This document shows positions 1-14,569 of a DNA stretch of 64,000 bases, in pieces (the first letter of the stretch is position 1; each line of letters starts with the position of its first letter). A program made the translations under genes and the position numbers. The DNA is from Octopus vulgaris (Eukaryota), in contig OX597838.1 of assembly GCA_951406725.2 (NCBI GenBank), forward strand, positions 4,340,001-4,404,000, in the 5' to 3' direction. The notes beneath the pieces were generated by a model. It ran no database searches. It was not told where the DNA came from and was given only the letters and a program-made list of their open reading frames with translations.

Positions 1-28
1 AACCCAGGTTCGAATCCTGGTCACGGCA
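1..28 (+). tRNA. 3' half of tRNA-His(GTG), cut by the window edge
   Basis: AACCCAGGTTCGAATCCTGGTCACGGCA is identical to the T-arm and acceptor of the full copy at 1411-1482; T-runs follow. Confidence 0.85.
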
Positions 29-1410
29 GTCCAGCTCATCTTTCCTCTCTCTTCCCTTTCTTTTTTTCAAATATTTCACAACCTTAGTATGTTCTTGAAA
101 GTTCGGTCCCCTTTTAAATGGTATTTCGAGTACTATAGAGGCCCCAGGCTAATCCATTTGTGAGCCTTCCTCACCCCCCAAAAATCTATGACGTTGTCAA
201 AAATGGTATACATCTTGGCCGGGGTACTGCTAGATTTTGAGGTAGAAGTCTTCAGAGACATCTGGTATTGTATCTGCACTATTTCCGTCAACTACAGTTC
301 ACTGACAATACATTGGCGAATCCGAGACTAAATCCGAAAACACCTGTCGCAGCTGCCGCACCCTGGAGTCGAACTCGGGAACACATATATGTGAAACGAA
401 CGTCGTCCTTGTCATCGTCGTCACCATTTTTCATCATACTAACATCTATTCTTGCAGGATGACACACGTTGACCAAATTTGTTCACTTAACGATATCACA
501 TGGCTTCAAGATGCGGCTGAAATTGACTAATGATCTCATGTGGTTGGTAAGCAAGCAACTTACCACACAGCCACTCCTGCGCCTACGTCGAAAAGAAAAG
601 ATTAAAAAAAAACTGATGGTTTGTTTGGTGGGAGGACGGGCGGAAGTGTTGCCTTTAATCCCCCCAGGGCTTGACCGAAGAGGAAAGTACTTGTCTTCAG
701 TCCTCAAAACCTCATCCATCACATAACCTTTTTTGTCCTCTTTGACCAGTCCACTAAGTGGGCCTAATCTAAGCTGGCGCCTGTAAGCTGAGGAGTACGT
801 AACGTGAGGTTTGAGAACTATACATAGTGGCTACTTTGTACATGAATGTTTTGCCGTCGTCCAAGGTTTGTTACGCCTCAGGACAGAAGTGACCAGTTTG
901 GTTAACCACACACTGACACACACACACTGACACACACACACACACGCCCATGAATATTTGTGAAAAATTAGAAAATTCCGTTAAAAAATACTAATCTTTC
1001 TGAAAGTTATGAGGTAAGGAAGTCGACGGGGCACAATTGTGTAATTATGCCAAAATACAACTGATTTCGCTGTGTCTCTTGTTTTACTTTTGCGCGTTTT
1101 TCATGACGTCACTTTCACTTTTGTTGGAAACTGCTTAAAAAAAAATTTCATTTTTGTCGAAGCGACTTCTATATATAAAAATCAAATTTATATTTATTTC
1201 TGTTGGATTTTGAGTCAGGCAACAGACAATTAATCGATGAATTTCTTGAAGGACAAATTGCAGGAAGGTTAGCAACATAAGTAACAAGAATACAAAAAAA
1301 AAAGGAAAAAAAAAAGAAAAGGAATAAACTGCATCTCACTGAATCTAATTGTCAGAATAGATTAGATTGAATTTCTACAATATGACAAGTATTAGCTAGT
1401 TGGGTAGTTG

Positions 1411-1482
1411 GCCGTGATCGTCTAGTGGTTAGGACCCCACGTTGTGGCCGTGGTAACCCAGGTTCGAATCCTGGTCACGGCA
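1411..1482 (+). tRNA. tRNA-His(GTG)
   Basis: Full cloverleaf: acceptor GCCGTGA/TCACGGC, D stem GTCT/GGAC, anticodon arm CCACG-TTGTGGC-CGTGG, T arm CCAGG-TTCGAAT-CCTGG, discriminator A. Pol III T-run about 7 nt downstream. Confidence 0.97.
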
Positions 1483-1600
1483 GCCCGACTTTTACTTTTC
1501 GGGATTTTTTTAATTTTATCACTTTAATAAGGGACCCCCTGAGGGTCCTTAGAGGGTTTGCTCGCAATATATTTCAGTCTCCAATTAATTCCGAAAGAAT

Positions 1601-2040
1601 TACCTATTTCTTTATTATCCACAAGGGGCACACAGAGAGGACAAACAAGGACAGACGAGCGGATTAAGTCGATTATATCGACCCCAGTGCGTAACTGGTA
1701 CTTAATTTATCGACCCCGAAATGATAAAAGGCAAAATCGACCTCGGCGGAATTTGAACTCAGGACGTAGCGGAAGACGAAATACCTATTTCTTTATTACC
1801 CACAAGGGGCTAAACACAGAGGGGACAAACAAGGACAGATATAGGTATTAAGTCGATTACATCGACCCCAGTGCGTAACTGGTACTTAATTTATCGACCC
1901 CGAAAGGATGAAAGGCAAAGTCGACCTCGGCGGAATTTGAACTCAGAACGTGGCGGAATTTGAACTCAGAACGTAGCGGAAGACGAAATACCGCTACGCA
2001 TTTCGCCCGGCGTGCTAACGTTTCTGCCGGCTCGCCGCCT
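1601..2040 (-). mobile_element. tRNA-derived SINE (family B, MetaSINE-like core), dimer
   Basis: Head GGCGGCGAGC..GGCAGAAACGTTAGCACGCC, B-box-like GAGTTCAAATTCC, core GAGGTCGACTTTGCCTTTCATCCTTTCGGGGTCGATAAA; body duplicated. More than 12 copies in the window. Confidence 0.85.
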
Positions 2041-2238
2041 TCTTGGCGGATGGCCAGTTCTTAAAGGACTGTTTTCTGTAAATAATAGCGAAAATTACGA
2101 AGACAATGCTCTGCAACGAAGTCATAGGAAGATCTTGTTGAAGGCAGAGTGGCCGACAAAAACATAGATATGGTGAAGATTCATTTTCAGGGTAAGAAGT
2201 CGCAATGTGAAATAACATAAAACAAAATTAAAGTGGAC

Positions 2239-2310
2239 TGCCGTGACCAGGATTCGAACCTGGGTTACCACGGCCACAACGTGGGTTCCTAACCACTAGA
2301 CGATCACGGC
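2239..2310 (-). tRNA. tRNA-His(GTG), D-stem variant
   Basis: Reverse complement of the 1411 copy with one change (AGGAACCCAC vs AGGACCCCAC); T-runs downstream on the minus strand. Confidence 0.93.
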
Positions 2311-3050
2311 CACTTATCCACCTGCCAGAATTCCTTCAAATTTGCCAACTTCAATCATGTCTGATATCATAATCGTGTTATAGTGAAGTGGAGAAACCAG
2401 CTCGTTTTTTGAAAACGACAGCTGTTAATATAATCAAGATGACGGCGACGATAACGATGTTGATGATGACGACGATAATGAAGTTAATGATGGTGACGAT
2501 AATGATGTTGATGATGACTATGATGATAATTTCTTTTAGCGTTTCTATGACCCTGTTAGCAAACAAAACACTAATCGCTCCATGTTTTGTTGCTAAACCG
2601 ATGGATTAATGTATTATAAAGCAGGGATCTTTGTGGTTATCGCGACTGTCAACAATTTTGTTCCAATTGTTTTCAAATTTGGGATATGGATTAAGTTTTG
2701 TATACTAATTATGAAAATGGAATTCACTTTCCCCATAAATTCATAATTAAAATGGTTTAAAGTTTTAGTGGAGTAAAAGTTAATCAAACTATTCCATCAC
2801 TCAAGAAGCCTAACTTACATCTATGACGACTTTATCTCTTCATCGTTTTCTGCATAAGCGTTACCTCTTAGAAAGTTACGAACGGTAGAACGATCAGTTG
2901 TTTTCCATACCGCCCTATTCCGGTTTGTCTTCTGTCTCTGATGTAGTCTAACTGTTTACCCCAAGATCGTTAATTACTGCTTTATATTCAGTGATATTTC
3001 CCCTGGCATTTGTAATTGCCTCTTAATCCTAGTCCTGATGAAAATATATT

Positions 3051-3512
3051 GGGGCTACATTAGCGTGCAATCTACATTAGCGTGCATCCGTAGTTCACGC
3101 TGTGAAATGACCTGATTTGGTTTAGGATTTGAGCTAGGGTTTAGGGTGAGTGTTAAGATTATGATTAGGGTTGAAGTTAGGGTTAAGAATTTGAGTTAGG
3201 GTGTAGGGTTTGTGTTAGGGCTAGATTAGGGCTTCGGGTTAGAGTTAGGGTCAGAGATTAGGGTTAGAGTTCAGGGTTAAGAGTTTGGGTTAGTATTAAG
3301 GCTAGAATTATGGTTAAGGTTTAGGGTTGGAGTTTAGTGGAAAGTGTTAGAATTAGGTTTTCGGATTAGGATTTCGGGTTAGGGTTTAGGGTTAGGTGTT
3401 AGAGTTTAGTGTTAGAGCTAGAATTAAGGTTAGGATTAGTTAGGGTTAGGGTTACAGTTAGAGTTAGGGTCCGACTACACGTTAAATTGTGAATAACCAA
3501 GTAGACTGCACC
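3051..3512. mobile_element. Putative non-autonomous DNA transposon with an internal degenerate (TTAGGG)n array
   Basis: Ends GG...CC; GTGCAATCTAC near the left end is inverted to GTAGACTGCAC at the right end; flanks AATATATT / AACATATT. Confidence 0.5.
3115..3470 (+). repeat. Degenerate telomere-like (TTAGGG)n array
   Basis: About 350 bp of TTAGGG/TTAGAG/TTAAGG/TTTAGG variants. Confidence 0.85.
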
Positions 3513-3644
3513 AACATATTTTAACTGATTACCTTGTCGGTTCGAGCGATCAGTGATTATGAGGCTGGCTTAGTCGACTTTCTGAAATTTATGTTACAAA
3601 TATCCACTTCATGTCGTGTCCGAGATCCTACTTCATTGCTAAGT

Positions 3645-4030
3645 GGAGGCGCAATGGCCCAGTGGTTAGGGCAGCGGACTCGCGGTCATAGGATCGCGGT
3701 TTCGATTCCCAGACCGGGCATTGTGAGTGTTTATTGAGCGAAAACACCTAAAAGCTCCACGAGGCTCTGGCAGGGGATGGTGGCGAACCCTGCTGTACTC
3801 TTTCACCACAACTTTCTCTCACTCTTAATTCCTGTTTCTGTTGTACCTGTATTTCAAAGGGCCGGCCTTGTCACTCTCTGTGTCATGCTGAATATCCCCG
3901 AGAACTACGTTAAGGGTGCACGTGTCTGTGGAGTGCTCAGCCACTTACACGTTAATTTCACGAGCAGGCTGTTCCGTTGATTCGGATCAACCGGAACCCT
4001 CATCGTCGTAACCGACGGAGTGCTTCCACT
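3645..4030 (+). mobile_element. tRNA-derived SINE (distinct family)
   Basis: tRNA-like head GGCGCAATGGCCCAGTGGTTAGG...GGTTTCGATTCCC (A and B boxes) followed by a non-tRNA body. A related minus-strand fragment lies at about 10710-10870. Confidence 0.8.
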
Positions 4031-4100
4031 TCATTGCTTGTATGTACTACAGTTATGTTCTGCATGCACGCCCAAACAGCCGATCTGATGTACACAATTA

Positions 4101-4570
4101 CCATATTTTCCCGCATACAAGGTGAGTTTTTCACCAAAATTTTGACCAAAATTCACAGCCAAAAAATGGAGGTCGACTTATATGTAAAAATGATGTAGAG
4201 GGCCAAAAATGCAACAAGATTTAGAAAGATAGTGACTATGTTTGAATGTTTACACGATGTACGATGTCGACATATATGCCAAAAAACACAGTGGTACGAA
4301 ACGCTTTGAATTGATGGAGCTGCTCGCTCTAGGCACATTCTCCAGAATGGATGACCAGGTCAATGTTAAGCAACTTTTCTACAGACAAACAGTTGATACC
4401 ATTCTGTGTGTATCTCCTTGAAGGACCTCCATGGGAACATTAAAATCACACCATTAGCTTATTTTGGGTAGCATTTATGTCTGGCAAACAAGTCGAATGT
4501 TTTTGTTTTTTTTTTTACCAAACTTTACAGCCAAAAATAGGTAGGTCGACTTGTATGCCGGAAAATACAG
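4101..4570. mobile_element. pogo/Tigger-like MITE
   Basis: Imperfect TIRs CCATATTTTCCCGCATACAAG / CTTGTATGCCGGAAAATACAG after TA; subterminal repeat CAGCCAAAAA..GGTCGACTT twice. Confidence 0.6.
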
Positions 4571-4904
4571 CACTGGTTAAAGCCAGCAGTGTTATTAACC
4601 GACGTCCATGTGGCAAACCGAACACAAGATACAATCATTTATTTGAAGATGAATAGATTTGAAGGTGGAAAATCTACAAGACAGACATTTCTAAGACGTT
4701 GTTGATTGTTTGTTGGTAGTTTGCGTAAGATGTAAGCGTGGAGGCAATGGAAGCGCACGAAGAGAAGGGTCAGATAGATTGATTGACGGATAGATAGAAC
4801 ACACAAACACACACACGCACACACACGCACGCACATACGCACACACACGCACGCACATACGCGCACATACACAAATATGAATGTATGTAGATATACATAC
4901 ATCA

Positions 4905-6165
4905 ATAATCAGCAAGATGTTCGAAACCATCCTTAAGAAAAGTATGATGCTCCACCTCCAAAACACAGCCTCTATCTCTGATTCCCAACACGGCTTCGTG
5001 CCGAAGATGATAGTGATGCTGTTGACATCGTTTTATTGGACTTTGCCAAAGCTTTTGACTCGGTAAACCACCGCCTATTACTTGTCAAGCTTCAAGCATA
5101 TAGTTTCCATTTGGATATTGTACGATGGGTTGGTGCCTTCCTCTCAGATCGCTCCTTCCAAGTCCAAGTTAAGGGTTCGCGGTCCGACGTCTCCAGTGCG
5201 AGCAGTGGCGTGCCTCAAGGTTCAGTGCTTGGGCCCTTATTGTTCTTAGTCTTTATAAATGACTTGCCTGACGACCTCACGCAACACACCCTTTGCCGAC
5301 GATGTCAAACTGGTCGCTCCTCGCGGTGATATAGAGGATCTTCGTCGATGCCTCCACCAAATTTGGAGATGGTCTAACGAATGGGACCTGTGTCTGAGCG
5401 TGTCAAAGTGCTGTCATCTGCCTGTTGGCTCTCCTCCTGCAACTCAACTTGATTTCGAGCCGGGTCGTCTGCTGCTGGAGAGGACCGATCAGGTAAAGGA
5501 CCTGGGTATCTTGGTGGATTCCTCCTTTTCGCTTTCGCGTCCATGCTGCCAACAGAGCACGCGGAATTCTGTTCTTGATTCGACGGTCATTCGGAATGCT
5601 CACAGCAGCCATATTCCTACCGCTCTATGTCACGCTGGTGAGACCCATATTGGAGTATGGGATTCAAGCCTCTTCTCCTTATCTCCTCAAAGACATACAG
5701 CATCTCGAAAGAGTCCAGAAGCTGGCTACCCGCATGGTTCTTGGTCTCAAGCATTTGTCTTATGAAGAAAGGCTGAAGACGCTCGACCTTTATTCTCTAG
5801 AAAAACGACGTCGCCGTGAAGATCTCATTCTTGCTCACAACATCATAAGCGGAAAGTGTAACCACTCGAAAGAGCTGTTCTTCACTCCTGCTCCAGAGCG
5901 TCGGCTGCGGGGTCATTCCGAAAAGCTCTATCTGCGACGATTTCATCTCAATCGAAGGAGAGGGGCTTTCTCCGTCCGGGTTGCAAATCCGTGGAACAAG
6001 CTGCGAGACGAGATGGTGAAGATGCCGACGACCGCTCGGTTCAAAGTCTCCCTTGACCTCAAGTGGTCTGAACTCTTTACATGAACACCACCCTGTACTT
6101 AACTCCATGTCCCCCTACATGGCCTTGCTTTTTGCTTTTTGAGCCAAAAAATTAACTTACTAACA
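4905..6165 (+). mobile_element. 5'-truncated, frameshifted CR1/L2-group LINE (reverse transcriptase C-terminal half and 3' UTR)
   Basis: Motifs QHGF, DFAKAFDSV, SGVPQGSVLGPLLF, FADD, KDLGI, LVRPILEYG, LERVQKLATR, SYEERLKTL and WNKL spread over three overlapping ORFs. Confidence 0.93.
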
Positions 6166-6309
6166 TATACGATGTAAAACTCGGGAAGATGAAAGTCTGA
6201 GTAATAGCTTTGTGAAAAATGTTCGTCTTTAATAAAAGCACATTACTCTATCTTTGGTATTCGAGTACTATTTTTTGTCCACCTCGTTTGGTATTGATGT
6301 TCTTACTTG

Positions 6310-9280
<2,971 letters not shown>

Positions 9281-9708
9281 TCTTCTACAACATCCGGTAC
9301 AACATCGATTTTCTGGAATCTATGTCGCTAGAGCCATTGCGGATTACTGATTTTTTCCGGACCAGAATTGGAAAAGGAAAGAAGGATTTAGAGTTACGTC
9401 CCCTTCGAGCGTTAAGCCACAAAAGCCAGTTGATTGTAACACCAACGGAGTGGGGTTCAAACTCTGTGATATAGCTGCTCAATCCGGAGAGGGTTATGTT
9501 CTCCAATTTGGCAAAAGAAACTTGTCCACGTGTTTGCATTTGCTAATAGTTTCTGATCTGGAGTTCAACGGTGTGGTGGAATTCTTAAATCTACAAAGGA
9601 CATGCCATTTCTCAACTACGCATAACTTTTTCATCTATTAACATTTGCACGAATTTTTCTACGATTTTCCACTTCATTGTATGTGGTGTAGATTTGGTAT
9701 ATATATAT

Positions 9709-10127
9709 AGGAGTGGCTGTGTGGTAAGTAGCTTGCTTACCAACCACATGGTTCCGGGTTCAGACCCACTGCGTGGCATCTTGGGCAAGTGTCTTCTGCT
9801 ATAGCCTCGGGCCGACCAATGCCTTGTGAGTGGATTTGGTAGACGGAAACTGAAAGAAGCCTGTCGTATATATGTGTATGTATATATATATATATATGTA
9901 TGTGTGTGTATATGTTTGTGTGTCTGTGTTTGTCCCCCCCACCATCGCTTGACAACCGATGCTGGTGTGTTTACGTCCCCGTAACTTAGCGGTTCGGCAA
10001 AAAGGGAGCCGATAGAATAAGTACTGGGCTTACAAAGAATAAGTCCCGGGGTCGATTTGCTCGACTAAAGGTGGTGCTCCAGCATGCCCGCAGTCAAATG
10101 ACTGAAACAAGTAAAAGAGTAAAGAGT
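9709..10127 (+). mobile_element. tRNA-derived SINE (family A, CORE-like) with internal microsatellite
   Basis: GGAGTGGCTGTGTGGTAAG head, GGTTCAG B-box-like, TGGCATCTTGGGCAAGTG core, internal (TA/TG)n, tail CAGTCAAATGACTGAAACAAGTAAAAGAG. Confidence 0.85.
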
Positions 10128-10220
10128 ATATATATATATACACACACACTAGTTGAATAGCCCGTCGTTGCCAGGCAATTTTTACAATAGAATGTCTTAT
10201 ATAACACACACACTTGTATA

Positions 10221-10662
10221 CTGTAATCTCTTGCCATATCGCGGTTCACCCATCGCGCCCTCAGTACATCACGGATTTTTCTGGCTAATAGATGTAAATT
10301 TATATCGCGGACTCCTCAGTATTTCGCGGGTTTCTGTGGCTATAGGTATTTATATTTCTTTGCATTTCAGTTATTTTTGAGATAGAATAAGCATTTTCAC
10401 GTCTAAAAAATAAATTAATTAATAACTAAAAATATGGTACAGTTCTGCACTGTATAACACGTTGATTGAAATATATTAAAAGAAAATACGTAATGTACCG
10501 TAGATGAGTAAACAAAAAATCGCACTTAGTGTACGGAAAACGAAACTTGGGAGACGAGTTTGTGGTGTTGTTTTCCATAGTACTGTTTCTACTTCGCGGA
10601 TTTTCACCTATCGCGGGGTTGGAGTTCGGAACGTAACATCCGTGATAGTTGAGGGATCAATG
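10221..10662. mobile_element. Tigger/pogo-like MITE
   Basis: TA then CTGTAATCTCTTGCCATATCGCGG ... CCGTGATAGTTGAGGGATCAATG; homologous copy at 27450-28337. Confidence 0.7.
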
Positions 10663-10668
10663 TGTGTG

Positions 10669-10712
<44 letters not shown>

Positions 10713-10868
10713 CGTGATGACCGTGACCGACCAGGCTATCAGATGTTGCTTCACATCGCTGGTCACAATGCGCTTCGCATTGTTTTAGCCTCCAAATGAC
10801 GCCACCCCGCTGGCTAAGCGAGCAGGCCAACAACAAAAGAAAGAGTGAGAGAAAGTTGTGGCGAAAGA

Positions 10869-10918
<50 letters not shown>

Positions 10919-12139
10919 GACGGGCTTCTCTCAGTTTCTGTCTCCCAAATCCTCACACAACACTTTGGTCGGCCTAGGGCTATGGCAGAAGACACTTGTC
11001 CAAGGTGTCACACAGTGAAACTGGACCTGGATCCATGTGGTTGATAAACATTTTATTAAATTCTTACACAAACTTACTTTAGGAGAAATGGGATAATTTT
11101 TACGAGGGATTTTTTCATGAATTTGGTGAAATTTAATAATGGTATTGGTCACTATAAGTATTATATTCTGCCACGACCTGTCTGGTGGTCGACCCAAGTT
11201 CCCTTCCAATACTTTATCCATTCACAGTTAATCCCGAACAGTTAAAAACCATCAAGTCGAGATTATCCTGTTGTTGCTTTAATGATATGCATGAAACAAG
11301 TTGTCAAATATTGGTTCGATTACGTTCAGTACTCAATTGATTTCTTATTTTATCGACTCCGAAAGGATGGAAATTAAAGTGTACCTCGGCGGAATTTGAA
11401 CTCAGAACGTAAAGACAGACAAAATGCTGCTAAACATTTTTGCCCGGCGTGCTCACGATTCTGCCATCTCGCCGCCTTCAGGCTGTGAAATGTAATATCC
11501 TTGTTTGTCATGAATTGGGTCACAACACTAAAGTACAAGCTGCGGCAGAAAAATGTCCCATATTTTATACGGCCAACAATATGGCGTTAGGGAAGTTAGG
11601 CAGCTAATACTGGTATCTTCATATAACTAACGTTTTCCCGTTTTCTTTTCATTCAGTTACTTCTATGGTTTAAAACAGTACTAGTTGTTATTAGTTGTTG
11701 AACTTTTGTCAAGCTTTAAAATACTAGAGGATTTTGCCTCATCTTGTATCAATTTCTTAAACACCGTTTTGTAGTAGCTAGTTATATATGTATTAATTAC
11801 ATTGAGTAAATCGTAAGAAAAAAAATTGAGGAAAGAATCATATATCAGAGTCGGACCTGAAGAATATGTTACAGAATATACTAAAGAGTTATTTAGTTTA
11901 CGTAATCATAGAATTATTACGTGACAGCGAAAGCGGTGGATTGGTGCAACCGTTAACTGTTGACGGAAAAGACAACTCCTACGGAGCGGTAATTGTACTA
12001 ACGACGTCTATGGTCTGAGAGAGTTCAAATTCCATCGGAGTCAACTTTATTTTTTGTCCTGTATGTGTGTGTGTGGGGGGGGAGGGATCCATTAAAAAGC
12101 ACTAATGAAGAGTGATAGATAGGGAGGAATTATTCGAGA

Positions 12140-12580
12140 ATCGAACAAGTCTCGTGATGTCTGTTCCCAATTTTAAATTCATTCGTCGCTATTAAATTTG
12201 GAAAGATATTTACGACTGTACTGTATATAGGGTTTCTCCGAAAGATCTCTGGACAGGGTGTATAGCTCGTACATTTGGGAACACCTCCAGGTCGAGCCGT
12301 TTCTGCTTCGGTGCTACGGACATGTATGTGGTTAGATTGTCGCTGGAAAGAACCGCAAGAAGGTTTCTTCAAGCCAAGCCAACCGACAGGAGATCTAGGG
12401 GTCGACTAAAAACGAGAGGGTTTGGATAATACCTCAGGTGGTCACGCTTGAGAATATACCTCGAAAGCGCAATGATGGTTGCTTCTGATAGGACCCAATG
12501 GAAGAAGTGTCAGGAGGACTCTACCTTCACAACCCTTCCAGGAATAGTGGGTGGAGATGAGAAGACGGATGGCTGTTGAA
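12140..12580 (+). mobile_element. Degenerate RTE-clade LINE 3' fragment
   Basis: Translates with frameshifts to YGHV..RLSLERTARRFLQAKPTDRRSRGRLKTR, the RTE C-terminal GHV/GRRxRGRP motif. Confidence 0.65.
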
Positions 12581-13387
12581 ACATCATGTTTAATGACGTC
12601 TTAAACACATACTATTAACATCTATTGTATTTGCTATTGTTACTCCCTGTTTTTAAAATAAAGGATTCTTAAATTAGACCTGATGTTTTAACTCGGAAAA
12701 TGCGTCATCAGATGGTCCCACAGTAAAATATATTTGCAAAACGGAAAATAAATTTTCCTTAAATCAGGTGAGTATTCAACCATGTTTAGCCTTTGACGAC
12801 TTATGAACTAGATAGGTATAACGAGTCTATGGTCAGGTTTGAACCACCTTGCTCGGAGTTCCAACTATAAGCCACAACCTACTTATATAGCCAAAAAAGA
12901 CATCACGAGCTCCATGAGAGAACAGTACACCCACGTGAATATGTACCGACCAATTAGCATCAGCTGGCGTCTAGCAAATAAAGGTTATGTAAATTTACTG
13001 CCAATTTCTACTACGAAGTTTCCGGAAGGTTTTGCCCATGGTTATATAAGCTGGCGATCTGGATCCCCACGCCAGAGTCAACTCAAATTCCGCACAGGAC
13101 TTTGTCAATCTGCTCCACTAGTTCTTACAGAATACTTTAAGAATATTTCCTTTTTGTATATAGTTTGCGAAGTTCTTGATGCAAAGACGTATGTTGTAAC
13201 CGATTTTGTTATACCTCGGGAGGGTCATTTTGCCAATAATAAACACACGTACTGCATCTGTTTCATTTAGAACTGGTTCCATTTCAATTACAAGATATAT
13301 CTATTGCCTCTACCCCTATTAACTCCTTCAGTCCCAATACCTATATAGAACCTTCTACTACGCCTGCCCCCAAGGGCTGGTAAATAC

Positions 13388-13394
13388 ATGTATG

Positions 13395-13426
<32 letters not shown>

Positions 13427-13490
13427 TGTATGTATGTATGTATGTATGTATGTATGTATGTGTGTATGTATGTATGTGTGTGTGTATGTA

Positions 13491-13548
<58 letters not shown>

Positions 13549-13695
13549 TATGTATGTATGTATGTATGTATGTATGTATGTATGTATGTATGTATGTATG
13601 TGTGTGTGTATGTATGTATGTATGTGTGTATGTTTGTATGTATGTGTGATGTATGTATGTATGTATGTATGTATGTATGTATGTATGTTTGTGTG
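13388..13695. repeat. (TATG)n/(TG)n microsatellite abutting a family A SINE 5' half (13696-13845, minus)
   Basis: Seen directly. Confidence 0.9.
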
Positions 13696-13922
13696 ACAGG
13701 CTTCCTTCAGTTTCAGTCTACCAAATCCATTCACATGGCTTTGGTCGGCCCGTGGCTATAGCAGAAGACACTTGCTCAATATGCCACGCTGTGATATGAA
13801 CTCGGAGCCATGTTGTAGGAGAGCAAGCTTCTTCCCAAACAGCCTTCACCAGTAGAAACTTCCATTAAAAAGTATTCGTTTTTCTGAGGAAACAAAGTCA
13901 AGCATTTCACATTTGTGTAGGT

Positions 13923-14141
13923 CAGTGGTTTTCAACCAGGGTTCCGTGGAACCTTAGGGTTCCGCCAGTACAGTCCAAGGGTTCCGCAAGAAGTTACAAA
14001 ACTGCTAAAATCGGCAGTAATTTTTAATTCTCCTGTGCAGATATGTGTGCATAAGACTATTAAATTATTGCACAGGGGTTCCTCGAGCCAATGGAATGTT
14101 TCCTTGGGGTTCCGCTCCAGCAAAAAGTTTGAAAAGCACTG
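13923..14141. mobile_element. hAT (Charlie-like) MITE, 219 bp
   Basis: TIRs CAGTGGTTTTCAA / TTGAAAAGCACTG; perfect 8-bp TSD GTGTAGGT at 13915-13922 and 14142-14149; subterminal GGGTTCCG repeats. Confidence 0.9.
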
Positions 14142-14569
14142 GTGTAGGTATTCGCACAAGTCCACCCAGCGCGATAGGATAAATACTCCGCTTAAAATGA
14201 TAGGCGACGCTCCAGCATGGCCAAAGTCCTAAGGCTGAAACGAGTAAAATACGAAAGCTAAGATATACGATAAACATACTTAAGTTGCTATATTTATGGT
14301 TATAACTATGAAAGATCAACATTTGTTGGCAAAAAAAATGATCGTCGCTTTTTTTCCACAATCAACGTTGCAAGGGAGATAAATCTGAAACTTTTCCGCG
14401 AAAGGTTTTCTGCGTGTATGTACGTGTTTGTCTCTATTTGTGTGTGTGTTTATGTGTGTTTATGTGTGTTTGCGCATGTATATGTGGGTGTCTGTGGATG
14501 TATATGTGCTTGTATGTGTGTGTACTTCGGCGTGATTGTGTTGTTGTATGCATGGTTTTCCCTTTCTCT

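Noticed and set aside
160-900. CpG-rich segment with short ORFs between tRNA genes
   Set aside because: No recognisable domain, stops in all frames, interrupted by a SINE fragment; probably an old TE.
3030-3050. CTGATGA hammerhead-like core
   Set aside because: No stem II or GAAA follows, even after removing the adjacent insertion.
3115-3470. True telomere or fusion site
   Set aside because: Highly degenerate, single orientation and internal.
3645-3720. tRNA-like sequence
   Set aside because: The acceptor stem does not close and it continues into a repeat body, so it is a SINE head.
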